Of a DNA stretch of 64,000 nucleotides, positions 25,023 through 43,575 are shown piece after piece. The notes beneath the pieces were generated by a model. It ran no database searches, was not told the DNA's origin, and was given only the letters and a program-made list of their open reading frames with translations. The position numbers were made by a program, and so were the translations under genes. Position 1 is the first letter of the stretch, and every line of letters begins with the position of its first letter. The stretch is from assembly GCF_009914755.1 (NCBI RefSeq), contig NC_060931.1. One strand, 5' to 3'. This DNA is from the human T2T-CHM13v2.0 reference genome, Homo sapiens.

Positions 25023-25249
25023 CTGAGTATGGACTCTCTCAAGCAGCTTTCCTAAGGAGGTCAAAATGCTGATGCTGAAGTTTGTCTCTGTTGCCCCCTA
25101 GGACCACCACCTTTATGGGGACCGAGAGTCTCCAGGGAAATTCTACTTTGTAATGAGATGTTTTCTTCCTTTATCAGATGACTCCTAAGCTGGACAAAAT
25201 CTGTTCTGTAAATAAAGGTGGCGAATGCCTCAGTCGGTACTCCTGGGTC
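25023..25249 (-). pseudogene. Exon remnant 9 (DPGVPTEAFATFIYRTDFVQLRSHLIKEENISLQSRISLETLG[fs]PIKVVVLGGNRDKLQHQHFDLLRKAA*ESPYS)
   Basis: cttctgcttcaaacag| ... CTCAG|gtataa. One frameshift near 25117 restores the GP-hxhhh..FDLL beta-strands and gives the phase-1 exit needed by the next exon. TGA at 25041-25039. Confidence 0.7.
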
Positions 25250-25420
25250 CTGTTTGAAGCAGAAGAATGTGAGAGGCTCTTAGTGATGCACTTTGGGCCA
25301 GGGTGTGTCTTGTGCATTGGTGGCTCAGCCCGGACAGCCGGCACCCCACATCAGGGAGGGCTGATGGCAGCTTTCTGGACAGCTTGAGGCTACAGGATAC
25401 ACATCGGGTCTGTGCTAGAC

Positions 25421-25473
25421 CTGCTGGTAGAAGAAGTGCTCTTTCACGGAATGGTTCTCTTTCTTGAACTTGC
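25421..25473 (-). pseudogene. Exon remnant 8 (GKFKKENHSVKEHFFYQQ)
   Basis: ctgcccttgccatag| ... CAG|gtctag; 53 bp, phase 1->0, open. Confidence 0.6.
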
Positions 25474-25657
25474 CTATGGCAAGGGCAGAAAAGAAACATG
25501 GGGTCTGGGCTTTTCAATCAGGTTGTATATCTCTTCACTGATCTTCCTTCCCACTCTCCCCACCCAGATGGCCCAGGCCTGCTCATTCCTCATTTCCACC
25601 GCGAGCATCACCTCGCACAGTCCTCAACAACCCCAGCCTCTGCCCCCACTAACCCAC

Positions 25658-25733
25658 CCTGCCAGCTCTCCCTCGAAGACGTCCTCCTCCATGTTCATGC
25701 TGACGTTGCCTTTCTTGTTTGTGTTTCATCCAC
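25658..25733 (-). pseudogene. Exon remnant 7 ([25 protein letters not shown])
   Basis: cttgtattttacag| ... CAGG|gtgggt; 76 bp, phase 0->1; TGA at 25697-25695 (plausible CGA>TGA). Confidence 0.65.
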
Positions 25734-27181
25734 CTGTAAAATACAAGTTTCAAGGCCAACTCAGAGGACAAAGAAACTGCTTCAGGCCCGGTGCTGTGGC
25801 TCACACCTGTAATCCCAGCACTTTGGGAGGCCAAGGTGGGCGGATCACTTGAGTTCGGGAGTTCGAGACCAGCCTGACCAACGTGGAGAAACCCCGTCTC
25901 TATTAAAAATACAAAATTAGCCAGGCGTGGTGGCGCATGCCTGTAATCCCAGCTACTCAGAAGGCTGAGGCAGGAGAATCGCTTGAACCTGGGAGGTGGA
26001 GGTCGTGGTGAGCTGAGGTCGTGCCATTGCGCTCCAGCATGGGCAACAAGAGCAAAACTCTGTCTCAGAAAAAGAAAAAAAAAATTAGCTGGGTGTGGTG
26101 GCGCCTGCCTGTAGTCCCAGCTACTCAGGAAGCTGAGGCAGGAGAATCGTTTGAACCTGGGAGGCGGAGGTTTCAGTGAGCTGAGATGGCACCACTGCCC
26201 TCCAGCCTGGACGACAGAGCAAGACTCTGTCTCAAAAAAAGAAAAGAAAAGAAAACTGCTTAAGGTTCATCTTTGAGCTGGAGAGTTAGTCTTTAATAAA
26301 TGCCGTCCTGCAGCAGAGATGCACTGTGGACACATAGCAGGAGGTGAGGAAAGCAAGCTTGCCAATGGATGAGTAATTGAGGAAAACCGGGGAATAACTA
26401 GGAGACTAATCAAAGTCTGAGAACATCATTTAAAATGACCAAGTCAACCAGGCATGGTGGCTCATGCCGCCCAGAGTTTGGAAGGCCAAGACGGGAGGAT
26501 TGCTTGAGGCCAGGCGTTTTGAGACCAGCCTGGGCAACATCGTGAGACCCTACCCCTACAGAACATAAATAAATAAATAAATAAATAAGTATAAAAATAC
26601 CACGTCAATGTGTTTTGCAACTTACACAGTGTTTGTCTCATTGTGGCAGGATCCTGTGCTAGGTTGTGTATTTAGCAGACAAAGGCCCAAGATAAGAAAT
26701 AAGCTTGGCAGATAGGTATGGAAGAAGGTCAGGTGGCTGACAAAGTTCAAGGTAGAACAGAGGACTCAGTGCAGTGGGTGGCAGGGAAAACTGATGATAT
26801 CAGTCTGGAATTACCAGATCAGACTTTTTTTTTTTTTTTTTTGAGACGGGATCTCACTGTGTTGTCAAGGCTGGTCTTGAACTACTGAGCTCAAGCAATC
26901 CTCCTGTCTCAGCCTCCTGAGTAGCTGGGACTTCAGGGGCACACCACCGTGCAGCTTTCAGCCCAGATTTTCACTGAAGAAGTGCAAGTACAGAAATGCA
27001 AATTTTAGGGCCAGCGCAGTGGCTAACGCCTGTAATCCTAGCACTTTGGGAGGCCGAGGCGGGTGGAACACTTGAGGTCAGGAGCTCAAGACCAGCTTGG
27101 CCAACATGGTGAAACCTTGTCTCTACTAAAAATATAAAAAAGCTGGGCGTGGTGGCAGGCACCTGTAATCCCAGCTACTCA

Positions 27182-27283
<102 letters not shown>

Positions 27284-27748
27284 TCAAAAAAATAAAATAA
27301 AAAAATAAAAAATGCAGAGATAGTAGAAAACCCAGGGGGTGAGCAAGAGGAAGAAGGGAGCATTAGGAAAAGTGTCAGGTGACATAAGGCAGCCTTGCCC
27401 TGGCTGCTCCCGTTCCCTGACTTAAGCATGGCTGGCAACTTTGCTTCCTGCCCACCTCTTCCATGAAGCCCTCTGTGACCCTTTGGTTTGAAATAGCTGC
27501 CCAATCACTCTGTCCATCAGGTTATTTCATATCTCAGCCAAGCACTTATCACTCCCTGTTATTTTCTTGTTTGTCAGTTTACTCCCTGTCTCTCTCAGTA
27601 AGGATGTCAGTGCTCTGCAAGCAGAGACCTTGGGTGGCAGAATCTAGAACTGCCTGCACACAGTACATGCTCAGTAAGCATTGCTGAATGTGTCTACCTC
27701 TCCCATTCATCTTTGAATTTAACTACCAAGCAACATGGCTGGATATAA

Positions 27749-28498
<750 letters not shown>

Positions 28499-28579
28499 TG
28501 AGGGCGTTGGGATTATGGCAGGTGCTCCTCCCTGTGGTGCTTGATTTGAGAGCATTAAGGCCTGGAGCTAAGTAGCCAC

Positions 28580-28944
28580 TGATATGGTTTGGCTCTGTGT
28601 CCCCACCGAAATCTCCTGTTGAATTGTAATTGCCAGCACGGGAGAACGGGCCTGGTGGGAGGTGATTGGATATTGGGGATGGACGTCCCCCTTGCTATTC
28701 TCCTGATAGTGAGGGAGTTCTCGCGAGATCTGGTTGTTTAAAAACGTGTAGCCGCCCCCCACCCCCCACCCCCCCGCGCCCCGCCCCACGCTCTTCCTCC
28801 TTGTGCAGCTTCCCTTTCGCCTTCTGCCATGATTGGAAGCCTCCTGAGGCCTGTGCAGCCACGTGAGTCAATTAAACCTCTTTTCTTTATAAATTACCCA
28901 GTCCCAGGTAGTTCTTTATGGCACTCTGAGAACGGACTAATACA
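28580..28944 (+). mobile_element. MST (MaLR) solo LTR
   Basis: TGATATGGTTTGGCTCTGTGTCCCCACC..GAACGGACTAATACA with 5-bp TSD GCCAC. Confidence 0.92.
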
Positions 28945-29541
28945 GCCACCTTGTGAGCCTAAGGGAGAAGCGTGCTGGGGACGTGACCCTCCCCCAACAA
29001 ACTCCTGCCTCTTGTGGAGGGAATGGCATGTTTGAAGGAAAAGGTCTGGCATTTAGGGGAAATGCAAGAAGTTGTGTGTATGAATGTAGAGGGAAGAGGC
29101 AGGTGGGAATAGGGTGGGGAGAGGCTCTATATGAAGGAAGAGAGGTAGGCAGGGTCCTGATCATATAGGACTTTGAGGAAGCCAAAGGACCTTGTCCCTT
29201 TCTTCCCCTGAGCTTACATTCTGGGAGCTCCAGGTTAGACAGGACCACACGAGGCCTTTGAGCTCCTGGGGGAATACAGATATGTTCTTGGGTGTTTGAA
29301 AGAGTTCTATGAGAATTTTGCAATTTTGTATTTTAGTTTTGAAAAACAATGTGACTTTTACTTTTTTTTAATTTAAAATTTTATTTTTATTTATTTGGCA
29401 AATAAACATTGTGTGTGTGTGTATGTATATATTTATTTATTGAGACAGGGCCTTGCTCTGTTGCCCAGGCTGGAGTGCAGTGGCGCCATCTCGGCTCATT
29501 GCAGCTTCAACCTCCTGGGCTCAAGTGATGCTCCCACTTGA

Positions 29542-29736
<195 letters not shown>

Positions 29737-29968
29737 TGATGGGTTTTTTTGTTTGTTTGTCTTGTGAGACAGGTTTTGCTCTTGCCCAGGGTGGGGTGCA
29801 GTGGTGCGATCTCGGCTTACTGCAACCTCCTCCTCTTGGGTTCAAGCAATTCTTGTGCCTCAGCCTCCCAAGTGCTGGGACTACAAGCGCATGCCACCAT
29901 GCCTGGCTAATTTTTTTTTTTTTTTGGAGACAAAGTCTCACTCTGTCGCCCAGGCTGGAGTGCAGTGA

Positions 29969-30127
<159 letters not shown>

Positions 30128-30226
30128 TGAACTGCTGACCTCGGGCAATCCGCCTGCCTCGGCCTCCTGAATTGCTGGGATTACAGGCGTGAGCCACTGC
30201 GCCTGGCCAATTTTTGTATTTTTTAA

Positions 30227-30358
<132 letters not shown>

Positions 30359-30799
30359 TGAATAGAATGGCTACATCAAGCAAACTGACATATGCATTAC
30401 CTCCTGTACTTACTTTTGTGTGTGTGTGTACAATACATTTTCTTTTTTCTGTGAGATGGAGTCTCGCTCTGTTGCCCAGGGTGGAGTGCAGGGTGCAATG
30501 TCGGCTCACTGCAACCTCTGCCTCCCAGGTTCAAGCAATTCTCTGCCTCAGCCTCCCACGTAGTGGGATTACATGCGTGCACCACCATGCCCGGCTAATT
30601 TTTGTATTTTTAGTAGAGATGAGGTTTCAGCATCTTGGTCAGGCTGGTCTTGAACTCCTGACCTCACGATCCACCTGCCTCGGCCTCCCAAAGTGTTGGG
30701 ATTACAGGCGGGAGCCACCGCCTCCGGCCCACAATATATTTTCTAAACTAGCTGGTGATCACCCATGACTGAGTGTCCGCATACCATATCAGGCTTGCG

Positions 30800-31238
30800 C
30801 ATGTGTCCTGGTACTAGTTGTTCATTTGCCCTCTTCCCTCTCTGGTCTCCACCACCCACCTTTCTCCACCCGGCAGAAACTGATCAGTATGGACGGAATC
30901 CACAGGCTCCCTTGCCTTTTGCTTTCTGGTGTGAGGAGCCCTGGCGGGAGGGGACGACAGCAAGAGTGAGGCCTCTCCCAGCGAGCCTGGCCCTGGCTGT
31001 CTGTGCCCCTAGACCAAAGGTCACATGTCTCACGGTGGCTTCTCTCCTTGACTCCCTCCTCCTGTTTGGGGGCCCCTCACCGTCCTGTGTCCTGTAAGCC
31101 TAGCAGCTCCTCTGCCATCAGCCCCTGGTTTCCGCACCACCTCAGCACATGCCAGGCGTCTCCTTGTAAGTCAACCCTCCCCCGAGTACCCAAGGCTCGG
31201 TGAGCCCGCCACCTTCTGTTGGGATCCTGACTGATACA
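30800..31238 (+). mobile_element. ERVL LTR (LTR33-like) remnant
   Basis: Ends ..ctgttgggatcctgactgataca; 5' boundary approximate. Confidence 0.55.
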
Positions 31239-31262
31239 GGCATCGGGTAGGATGACTTTTAC

Positions 31263-31382
31263 TTTTCCGCATTAATTACAAGAGAGAGATAGTTGGACTG
31301 AATCTGGGAAAGATTCATTCAAATTGAATGAAGGCTCGATGACATCAAGAGCCTTGTGCCTCGCGCCGTTCACATAAGGATA
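31263..31382 (-). pseudogene. Exon remnant 5, nucleotidyltransferase G-S/A and E/D-x-D/E motif (YPYVNGARHKALDVIEP[fs]IQFE*IFP..)
   Basis: Long pyrimidine tract plus ctcag| acceptor, donor |gtaaaa. hGA-x-LxVxxP motif; QFE appears in the shifted frame at 31326-31318; stops in both frames. Confidence 0.7.
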
Positions 31383-31607
31383 CTGAGCAGTTTGAATGGA
31401 GAAAAGCAATAGAAAAACCGACTTCGCACAGCAGTTGCCGGTGGCTGCCAGGCAGTGGCAATCTGTACTGTGTTCTTGTATGGAGAGTGATTTCATTTCA
31501 GCAAAACAACATCAACTGTTACATTCAGTTAGAGCTGTTAATTTGACTTCTATTTGCCTTATACTTGTGTCTGTATATTATTTGCAAATTGTTTGGTTTT
31601 ATTATAG

Positions 31608-31832
<225 letters not shown>

Positions 31833-31866
31833 TAGCCAGGATGGTCTCGATCTCCTGACCTCGTGA

Positions 31867-32309
<443 letters not shown>

Positions 32310-32814
32310 TGATTTTTTAAGAATGGCTCCATACATCCCTCAACTTGAGAACACTGGTCTAGTCCAACATTTCCTCTGCTGCGGAAATGCTTCTGATACA
32401 CCAGAGGCTCCATATCCATTTGTCAAAAAGGTTTGACATTAAGCTAAAGTTAAACATTTCCAATCATGCATCCTGATTTTGCCCACTATAGTGACCCTCA
32501 TGAAAAGTCCAAGCTCTTTTCTATGGAACAGTTTTCCATCGCTGATATCCCATAATAGCACTCCCATCTCTCCATTCCTGTTTCTCAAATGCTTACCCCA
32601 ATCCCGGGTCTCAATGCAAACGCCCTCCTCCGTGAAGGAGTCCTTCACGTTCTTCCCCTGACCAGAAGCGGCCTCCCCTCACTGGAACTTTCACAGTGAA
32701 TCATAGCCCACTGTGCGTGCCGGTTGCCGGTGCATAGCTTCCTTTCTCCTGTTAGTTTTTGCTTTTGGAAAGCAGGATTTGTTATTCATTCATTTGTACT
32801 CACTGTAGCCCTGA

Positions 32815-33069
<255 letters not shown>

Positions 33070-33427
33070 TGAGTAGCTGGGACTATAGGTGCCTGCCACC
33101 ATGCCCGGCTAATTTTTGTATTTTTAGTAGAGATGGGGTTTCGCCATATTGGCCAGACTGATCTTGAACTCCTGACCTCCAGTGATCTGCCTTGGCCTCC
33201 CAAAGTGCTGGGATGACAGGCGTGAGCCCCCGCACCCGGCCTGCCTGGTATTTTTAGTATTCGTTCTCTCTGAATCAGGAGCCCGCTTCAGGCTGCCGTC
33301 TAGCAGCACCACTGAATGCTGTGTGTTAATCTGCAGACTTCAACTTCTCTGTGCTAGAGGCCACCTTCTGTTTGTAAAGCGCCAGAATTTCCTTGTCCCT
33401 CACACCACTTCTCTAAATGGAGTCTAA

Positions 33428-33676
<249 letters not shown>

Positions 33677-33838
33677 TGATCTGCCTGCCTCGGACTCCCA
33701 AGGTGTTGGGATTACAGGCATGAATCACTGCGTCTAGCTGAGTTCAAACAATTCTCCTGCCTCAGCCTCCCGAGTAGCTGGGACTACAGGTGCCCGCCAC
33801 CACACCCGGCTAATTTCTGTATTTTTTTTTTTTAGTAG

Positions 33839-34018
<180 letters not shown>

Positions 34019-34098
34019 TAAAAATACCTGGTTTCCCAAGTTATTTGAATCCTCATTGATTTTAAGGCTGGATAGTCCTTAAACATTATCTATAATAC

Positions 34099-34171
34099 TT
34101 TAACACTTAATGTTTTACAAGTGAAGAAATAGGCCATCTGTTTGTTCAGTTTATTCCGGGACTCTTCAACC
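34099..34171 (-). pseudogene. Exon remnant 4 (VEESRNKLNKQMAYFFTCKTLSVK)
   Basis: Acceptor gattttctacccacag|, open frame, phase 2 start. Donor AAA|gtatta gives phase 0; alternative 3' ends at 34111/34119 are possible. Confidence 0.6.
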
Positions 34172-34895
34172 CTGTGGGTAGAAAATCACAGAGCAAAGCA
34201 GATGAATGTCATTGCCAAGCAATGGATGTCATTGCTAAGTTGAAGGCCGGCTTCATTTGGGGGCCTCAGCATTACAGAGTGATTGAGCAACCTTTTAATT
34301 ACCCTCTGGTCACCACCCCTACCTTCAAATGCTATCCCGACCTGTCTCACTCCCTCTTCCTTTTTTATTCCCTTTCCCAAACTCATTCTTCACAGCCAAA
34401 CTTGTCCTCATTCAACAAATATTTATTAAGTGCCTTCTGTGTCCCAGATATAGCTCCAGATGCCGTGGGGAGAGCAGCACCTTAGGCCAAGGTTCCTGAT
34501 CTCAAGAAGCTTCTTTTTTTTTTTTTTTTTTGAGACAGGGTCTTACTTTGTCACCCAAGCTGGAGTGCAGTGGTAGGAACATGGCTCACTGCAGCTTCGA
34601 CCTCCTGGACTCAAGTGATCCTTCTGTTGCAGCCTTCCATGTGGGACCACAGGCCCACGCCATCATGCCTGGCTGAGTTTTTGATTTTTTGTAGAGGGGG
34701 GTCTCACTTTGTTGCCCAGGCTGATCTCAAACTACTGGCCTCAAGTGATCCTCTTGCCTCAGCCTCCCAAAGTGCTGGGATTACAGGCGTGAGCCACCAT
34801 GACCTGCCAGAAGCTTCTAGTCTTGTCGGGGCCCGGGGAAGCCAGGCAACACATAAACAGGCAAACTCACACATTTTTTTTCAAACACATTTTTA

Positions 34896-35039
<144 letters not shown>

Positions 35040-35811
35040 CTACAACTCTACACACACACATACACACACAATTATCCAGGCATGGTGGGGTATGCCTGTA
35101 GTCCCAGTTACTTGGGAGACTGAGGCAGGAGGACTGCTGAAGCCCAGAGGTCGCGGCTGCAGTGAGCTATGATTGCACCACTGCACTCCAGCCTAAGTGA
35201 CAGAGCAAGACCCTGTCTTTTTTTTTTTTTTTTTTTAGATGGAGTCTTGCTCTGTCACCCAAGCTGAGTGCAATGGCATGATCTTGGTTCACTGCAAACT
35301 CTGCCTCCCGAGTAGCTGGGATTACAGGCGTGCCCGGCTAATTTTTGTATTTTTAGTAGAGATGAGGTTTCACAATGTTGGCCAGGCTGGTCTCGAACTC
35401 CTGACCTCAGGTGATCTGCCCGCCTTGGCCTGTCAAAGTGCTGGGATTACAGGTGTGAGCCACCAGGCCCAGCCTACCTGTCTTTAAAAAAAAAAAAAAA
35501 AAAAAAAAAGAGTGATGTGATACAGTGACTATTTTACATTAAGTGATCCTTAAAGGTTTCTAGGAGGGGAGATGTCTAATCTGAGTTCTGGAGGAACAAA
35601 AAGTTCAGCTTTTCAAAGTTCAGAAGACTATCCTGGGCAGTGGCGCAAGTGAAAAAGTAGCAACAATTATGTACGGAAAAGTAGACAGGTGGCAGGTCAT
35701 GTTGAGCTTTTCAATTCAGGGGATCAAGTTTAGATATTATCCCAAGTGAGGCTGGAAACCATTTGAATAGTTTAAGTGGAGTTGTGGCAAATTTTTATGT
35801 GTACTTTAAAA

Positions 35812-37321
<1,510 letters not shown>

Positions 37322-37384
37322 TTAGACTCGCCATTTCTATGAAAAAAAAAAAAAAAAAGGCATAGGGCCAGGTGTGGTGGCTCA

Positions 37385-37773
<389 letters not shown>

Positions 37774-37844
37774 TCACGTCTCTACAAAAATAGAAAAATT
37801 AGCCAGGCGTGATGGTGGTGGGCACCTGTAATCCCAGCTACTCA

Positions 37845-37949
<105 letters not shown>

Positions 37950-38840
37950 TCAAAAAAAAAAAAAAAAAAAAAAAAAAGGACATTAGCAAAAGTTATTTGT
38001 CTAAGTAAATATGGATTGTGAATTGTTTTGACATTTTAAAATTATAATCTGTAGCTAGAAGGAAACAGGGACTTAGAACAAAAGTAGCTCTCTCAGAGCC
38101 AAAGCTTTTAACCACTTGTTTTTCGGTTTTTTGCTTGTTTGTTTTTGTTTTTTTGAGAGCCTCACTCTGTTACCCAGGCTGGAGTGCAATGATGCGATCT
38201 CGGCTCACTGCAACCTCCACCTCACGGGCTCAAGTCGATCCTCCCACTTCCGCCTCCCAAGCAACCAGAACTACAGGTGTGTGCCACCATGCCCGGCGAC
38301 CTTTGTATTTTTAGTAGAGGCTTGGTTTCACCATGTTGCCCAGGCTGGTCTCGAACTCCTGAGCTCAAGTGATCTGCCCACCTCGGGCTCCCAAAGTGCT
38401 TGGATTACAGGCGTGAGCCGTGGTGCCAGACCTTAACCACTTGTTTTGTAGAACTGGTTCCTCAGTGTCTAGCACAGGGCCTAGCACAAACCAAGTGCTT
38501 TGCAACCACTTGCCGAAAGAAGGAATGAACGGACCGATGAACGGTGCTATCAGCATGCAGCGTTTCCAGAATATTGCCATTTTCACAGAGGAGTGAGATT
38601 TGCCACCTCTGTGAGTCCACTGAGGTCCCTGTAGCCATGAGCGGGGACACGGGCAGCCAGGAGTGCTGTGCTGCAGACTCTTCTAGAAACAAGTTTGGAT
38701 TGTGCTCCTTCCAAGGGCTTCTGGGAAAAATGCCTCTCTGCTGGCAGCTCTGCCCTTCCGCCTAAGGCCAAGAACCCTCTGAACAAATAGCAGCTTAGTG
38801 AGAGGGCAGGAGGGGACAGCCACATGTCTGGAGAGCATAC

Positions 38841-38951
38841 ACTTCCTGTTCACTGAGTGCCACCTGGGACTTTTTTCTACTTATTCCAGAGCCGGTCTAG
38901 ATTCTTGAGCAAACAAATAGACCACCCCTGTGTGCAAGCCCACTTCTCGAC
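38841..38951 (-). pseudogene. Exon remnant 3 (..LLKNLDRLWNK* / KKSQVALSEQEV), start of spine helix
   Basis: Acceptor tttctcccacag|, donor GT|gtatgc; 111 bp, ends in phase 2 in the KKSQVALSEQEV frame. The 5' part is ambiguous between two frames; each contains a stop. Confidence 0.55.
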
Positions 38952-39141
38952 CTGTGGGAGAAACCCCAGTAATGAGTGAAAAGTCTACGTTGCAATATTT
39001 CCTGACCCCGTTTAATTCTGACACTCCAAGCCTGAGCTTTCGCAAATACATAGTGACTTAGAAACTAGAGGATGCTCTTAAATGCCATTTATTCCAGATG
39101 CAGAGACGCGTTTCAATGCAAGGCACAAAAAATGAAGTTAC

Positions 39142-39268
39142 TCAGCTTTTTCTAATGTTGGGGTGAAATATGGCCACAGGGAGGGCAAACTCCACTCATT
39201 ATTTCCCAGGGAGAAATCATGATATTTTAGAAAGGGTGGGGAGAAGTCTTGAACACCACAACTAATAT
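39142..39268 (-). pseudogene. Candidate exon 2 (DISCGVQDFSPPFLKYHDFSLGNNEWSLPSLWPYFTPTLEKA)
   Basis: Acceptor ttgttgtgttag|, donor GA|gtaact; open frame; phase 1->2. Confidence 0.45.
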
Positions 39269-39378
39269 CTAACACAACAATTGAGTTTCCAGAAAAGTTC
39301 AAAACCAAGGGCAAGACAAATAGGAGATGTGACTTGGCTTGGACACAGACTGCCAGTGTGAACGGCCATGGCACCTAC

Positions 39379-39430
39379 CTTTCGGGAGAGGACTCCCTTT
39401 TCTAATCTATTGAGACCATTGAGACTCCAT
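39379..39430 (-). pseudogene. Candidate first coding exon (MESQWSQ*IRKGSPLPK)
   Basis: ATG in aagATGG context at 39430. Strong donor AAAG|gtaggt. 52 bp, so phase 1, matching the next exon. One TAG; no homology support. Confidence 0.35.
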
Positions 39431-41162
39431 CTTTAAGGTTCTTTCTAGTCCTAAAGTTGTACAATTTGCCATATTTTGGCTGCAATAATTTCCTAGTCTC
39501 CTCTGGCCATTTCTATTCATTTACTCACTTTTAATTAAATGAGTGTTACCTGAATTCACCCTTGTAGGAATTGTATATAGTTGCATTGCTACTTTTCCAA
39601 CCACATTCCTGCATCAACCAGCCACCAGCGCTCTCAATTCCTGCACAGCCACCAAACAGCCAACAAATATTTATCACGTTCCTCACATGAGCCAATCGAT
39701 GTTGGACAGTAAAGAAAGCAAACAGACCCCGCATCCAAGGAACTTGTATTTCACTGGGGGAAAACAAACAGTAAATGTGTAAACACATACATACGTAGAA
39801 TAATTCCAGGTATTAGTAAACACTAGGAAGATGTGGATGGTGAAAACAGCCACGGTGACGAACCAGAGGAACAATCTTCTAAGCATAGCAATGGCAACCA
39901 CACAAGTCCCGAGACAGGAAACAGCCTGGCACCTCTGAGGAAGGAGGGGACTGCAAAGTGGCTGGGGCACAGTACATGAGGGAGAAAGTGTAGGGAGAAG
40001 GGGTGAGTGCCCTGATCATGCGGGCCTTTGAATTTTATTCTGAGGACTTTGGTCTAAGTGTAATGGTACCACTGCATGGTCTTAAGGCGGGGACTTGATG
40101 TGAGCTGACATATTTCCGAAAGATCACTCTGTCTGCTGTGTAGAGGGGTGGGCTGGAGAACAGGGGGACTATGCAGTCACCTTAAGAAAAGTTCTTGGCT
40201 GCCTGGGCTTATGTTAGCATTGGAGAGGGTGAGAAGTGATTTGGGACACACAGCATGCAAAGGCTGCTGAGGGCAGCTGCAGAAACTCACGGGGTTGCTG
40301 TCATTCTCCACTAAATTCTCGGTAATGCTGGCATGTTTTCTCCTGTCGTTGCTCAGGACACTCTCAGCACATTCTCCCTTAAAGCCTTCTACCCTGCCTC
40401 TTCCCTCTTCCCTCCAGACGTTAGCTTGCAGCTTCTGTAGAGTAAAAGGATGCCACCCACCTGCGGGATCGCGCTCCACTTCGTGCCCCACGCATACATG
40501 TCTGGGAACCCCGATTCCATGTTTTCAGGCTCTGAGGAAGTCCCTGGGAGGCTTCTCTCTAACCCCCACCCCAGGTCCTTCTGCCGACATCCTCTGAGCC
40601 GCTGCTCCTCCAACAGGCCTTCTCTTCCACACGCGCCGCTTCCTGAACTCTGTTGATTCCTTCACCGCGTCTTAGGAACTTGCCCAAGTCTCTCCCAAAT
40701 CCAAAAACCAACTGCCACTTCCTGCACGTCCTGCCCTCCCTTCGTTCCCTCCTAGCTGTCTCCACGCCGTTGCCTCTCATTCACTCCTTGGTTGGTCCTC
40801 GCTGCAGCCATTCCTCTAAATCCTCAGCTGCAACCTTCTAATAAATGGACACACATGACTTTTCCTCTCCTCTTCTTTCAGCTCCCCGGCGAGGTAGCCC
40901 CCTCGCCCAAAGAAGGGCTGCGCTCACTTTGGGGCCCCTGTGCACCTCTGGCTTGCCTGGAGCCAGCTGGCTGCCACTCCCAAGCTCTGCCCACTTCACC
41001 TGCACCGCTGTTCCCAGGATCCTGGGCTGGCTTCTTGATATTCTCACTTGGTGGGGTTTTTGTGAGTAATGTTCTCTGGGATCAGGGCTTCAGCTACCAG
41101 GTCGCCAATGACTCAGACCCCACCTCAGGTCTCCCTAAATGGCTCCCTCTCCTCTCCTCTAG

Positions 41163-41384
<222 letters not shown>

Positions 41385-42532
41385 TAGCTGGGACTACAGG
41401 TGTGCACCACCACGCCCAGCTAATTTTTGTATTTTTAGTAGAGACGGGGTTTCACTATGTTGGGCAGGCTGGTCTCGAACTCCTGACCTTGTGATCCGCC
41501 CGCCTCGGCCTCCCAAAGTGCTGGGATTCCAGGTGTGAGTCACCGTGCCTGTTTTTTTTTTTTTTTTTTTTTGGACAGAGTTTCTCTCTTGTCGCCCAGG
41601 CTGGAGTGCAATGGCACACACTCGGCTCACAGCAACCTCTGCTTCCCGGGTTCAGGCAATTCTCCCGTCTCAGCCTCCCCAGTAGGGGATTACAGGCATG
41701 CGCCACCATGCCAAGCTAATTTTTGTATTTTTAGTAGAGACAGGGTTTCACCATGTTGGCCAGGCTAGTCTCGAACTCCTGACCTCAGGTGATTCACCCG
41801 CCTTGGCCTCCCAAAATGCTGGGATTACAGGCGTGAGCCACCTCGCCTGGCCTACAGTTGTTAATCCTTCCAATTCATCCTCTTTAAGCCACTAGAGTAA
41901 TCTTTTTAACAGTGAAATGCCATGCCATTTCACTTTTTATATCCTTCAGACTGGGTTTAGTAGCTCACGCCTGTAATCTCAGCACCCTGGGAGGCTGAGG
42001 CGGGAGGATTGCTTGAGCCAAGGAGTTTGAGACCAACCTGGCAACAAAGTGAGATCCTGTCTCTAACAAAAAACAAAAAGCAAACAAAAAAAAACTTAGC
42101 CAGGCTTGGTGGCTCACACGTGTGGTCCCAGCTACTCTGGAGACTGAGCTGGGAGGATCCCTTGACCCCTGGAGGTCGAGGCTGCAGTGAGATGTGATTG
42201 TGCCACTGCACAAGAGCCTGGGGGACAGAGCAGGACCCTGTCTCAACACGAAACCAAAAACATCCTTGAATGTCTCCTTCCGCACCTTTAGAGCAGTTGT
42301 TTTTCTTTTTTGAGGTTGTTTCACTCTTGTCACCCAGGCTGGAGTGCAATGGCACGCTCTCGGTTCACTGCAACCTCTGCCTCTTCCTAGGTTCTGAAGT
42401 TTCTTAGCTAGAATCTTACATCTTTCATCTGGTCTGTCTTACTTTTTTAACCTCATCTCCTGCCATTTTCCACCAAGCACCTGTGCCCACCACCTGCTGG
42501 GAATTTTCTGAAAATGCCATGCTTCTCAGAAG

Positions 42533-43167
<635 letters not shown>

Positions 43168-43389
43168 ACTTCTTTCTAAACTGTTTGCCATGCTGGAGAT
43201 GACCTTTCCTATGTTGCCTGCCTGGCGAACTTTTAGTTATACTTCTAGACCAGTGTAGGTAGCTCTTCACCTTTTGAGGTGGTCACTAACCCTTTAAGAA
43301 TATGTTGGGGCTGGGTGCAGTGGCTCATGAGTGTAGTCCCAACACTTTGGGCGGTTGAGGCAGCTGGATCGCTTGAGCCCAGGAGTTCA

Positions 43390-43575
<186 letters not shown>

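Noticed and set aside
33250-33415. Minus-strand exon-like read RSGVRDKEILALYKQK..
   Set aside because: No convincing donor. The flanking exons (34171-34099 and 31382-31263) already join with correct motif spacing, leaving no room for it.
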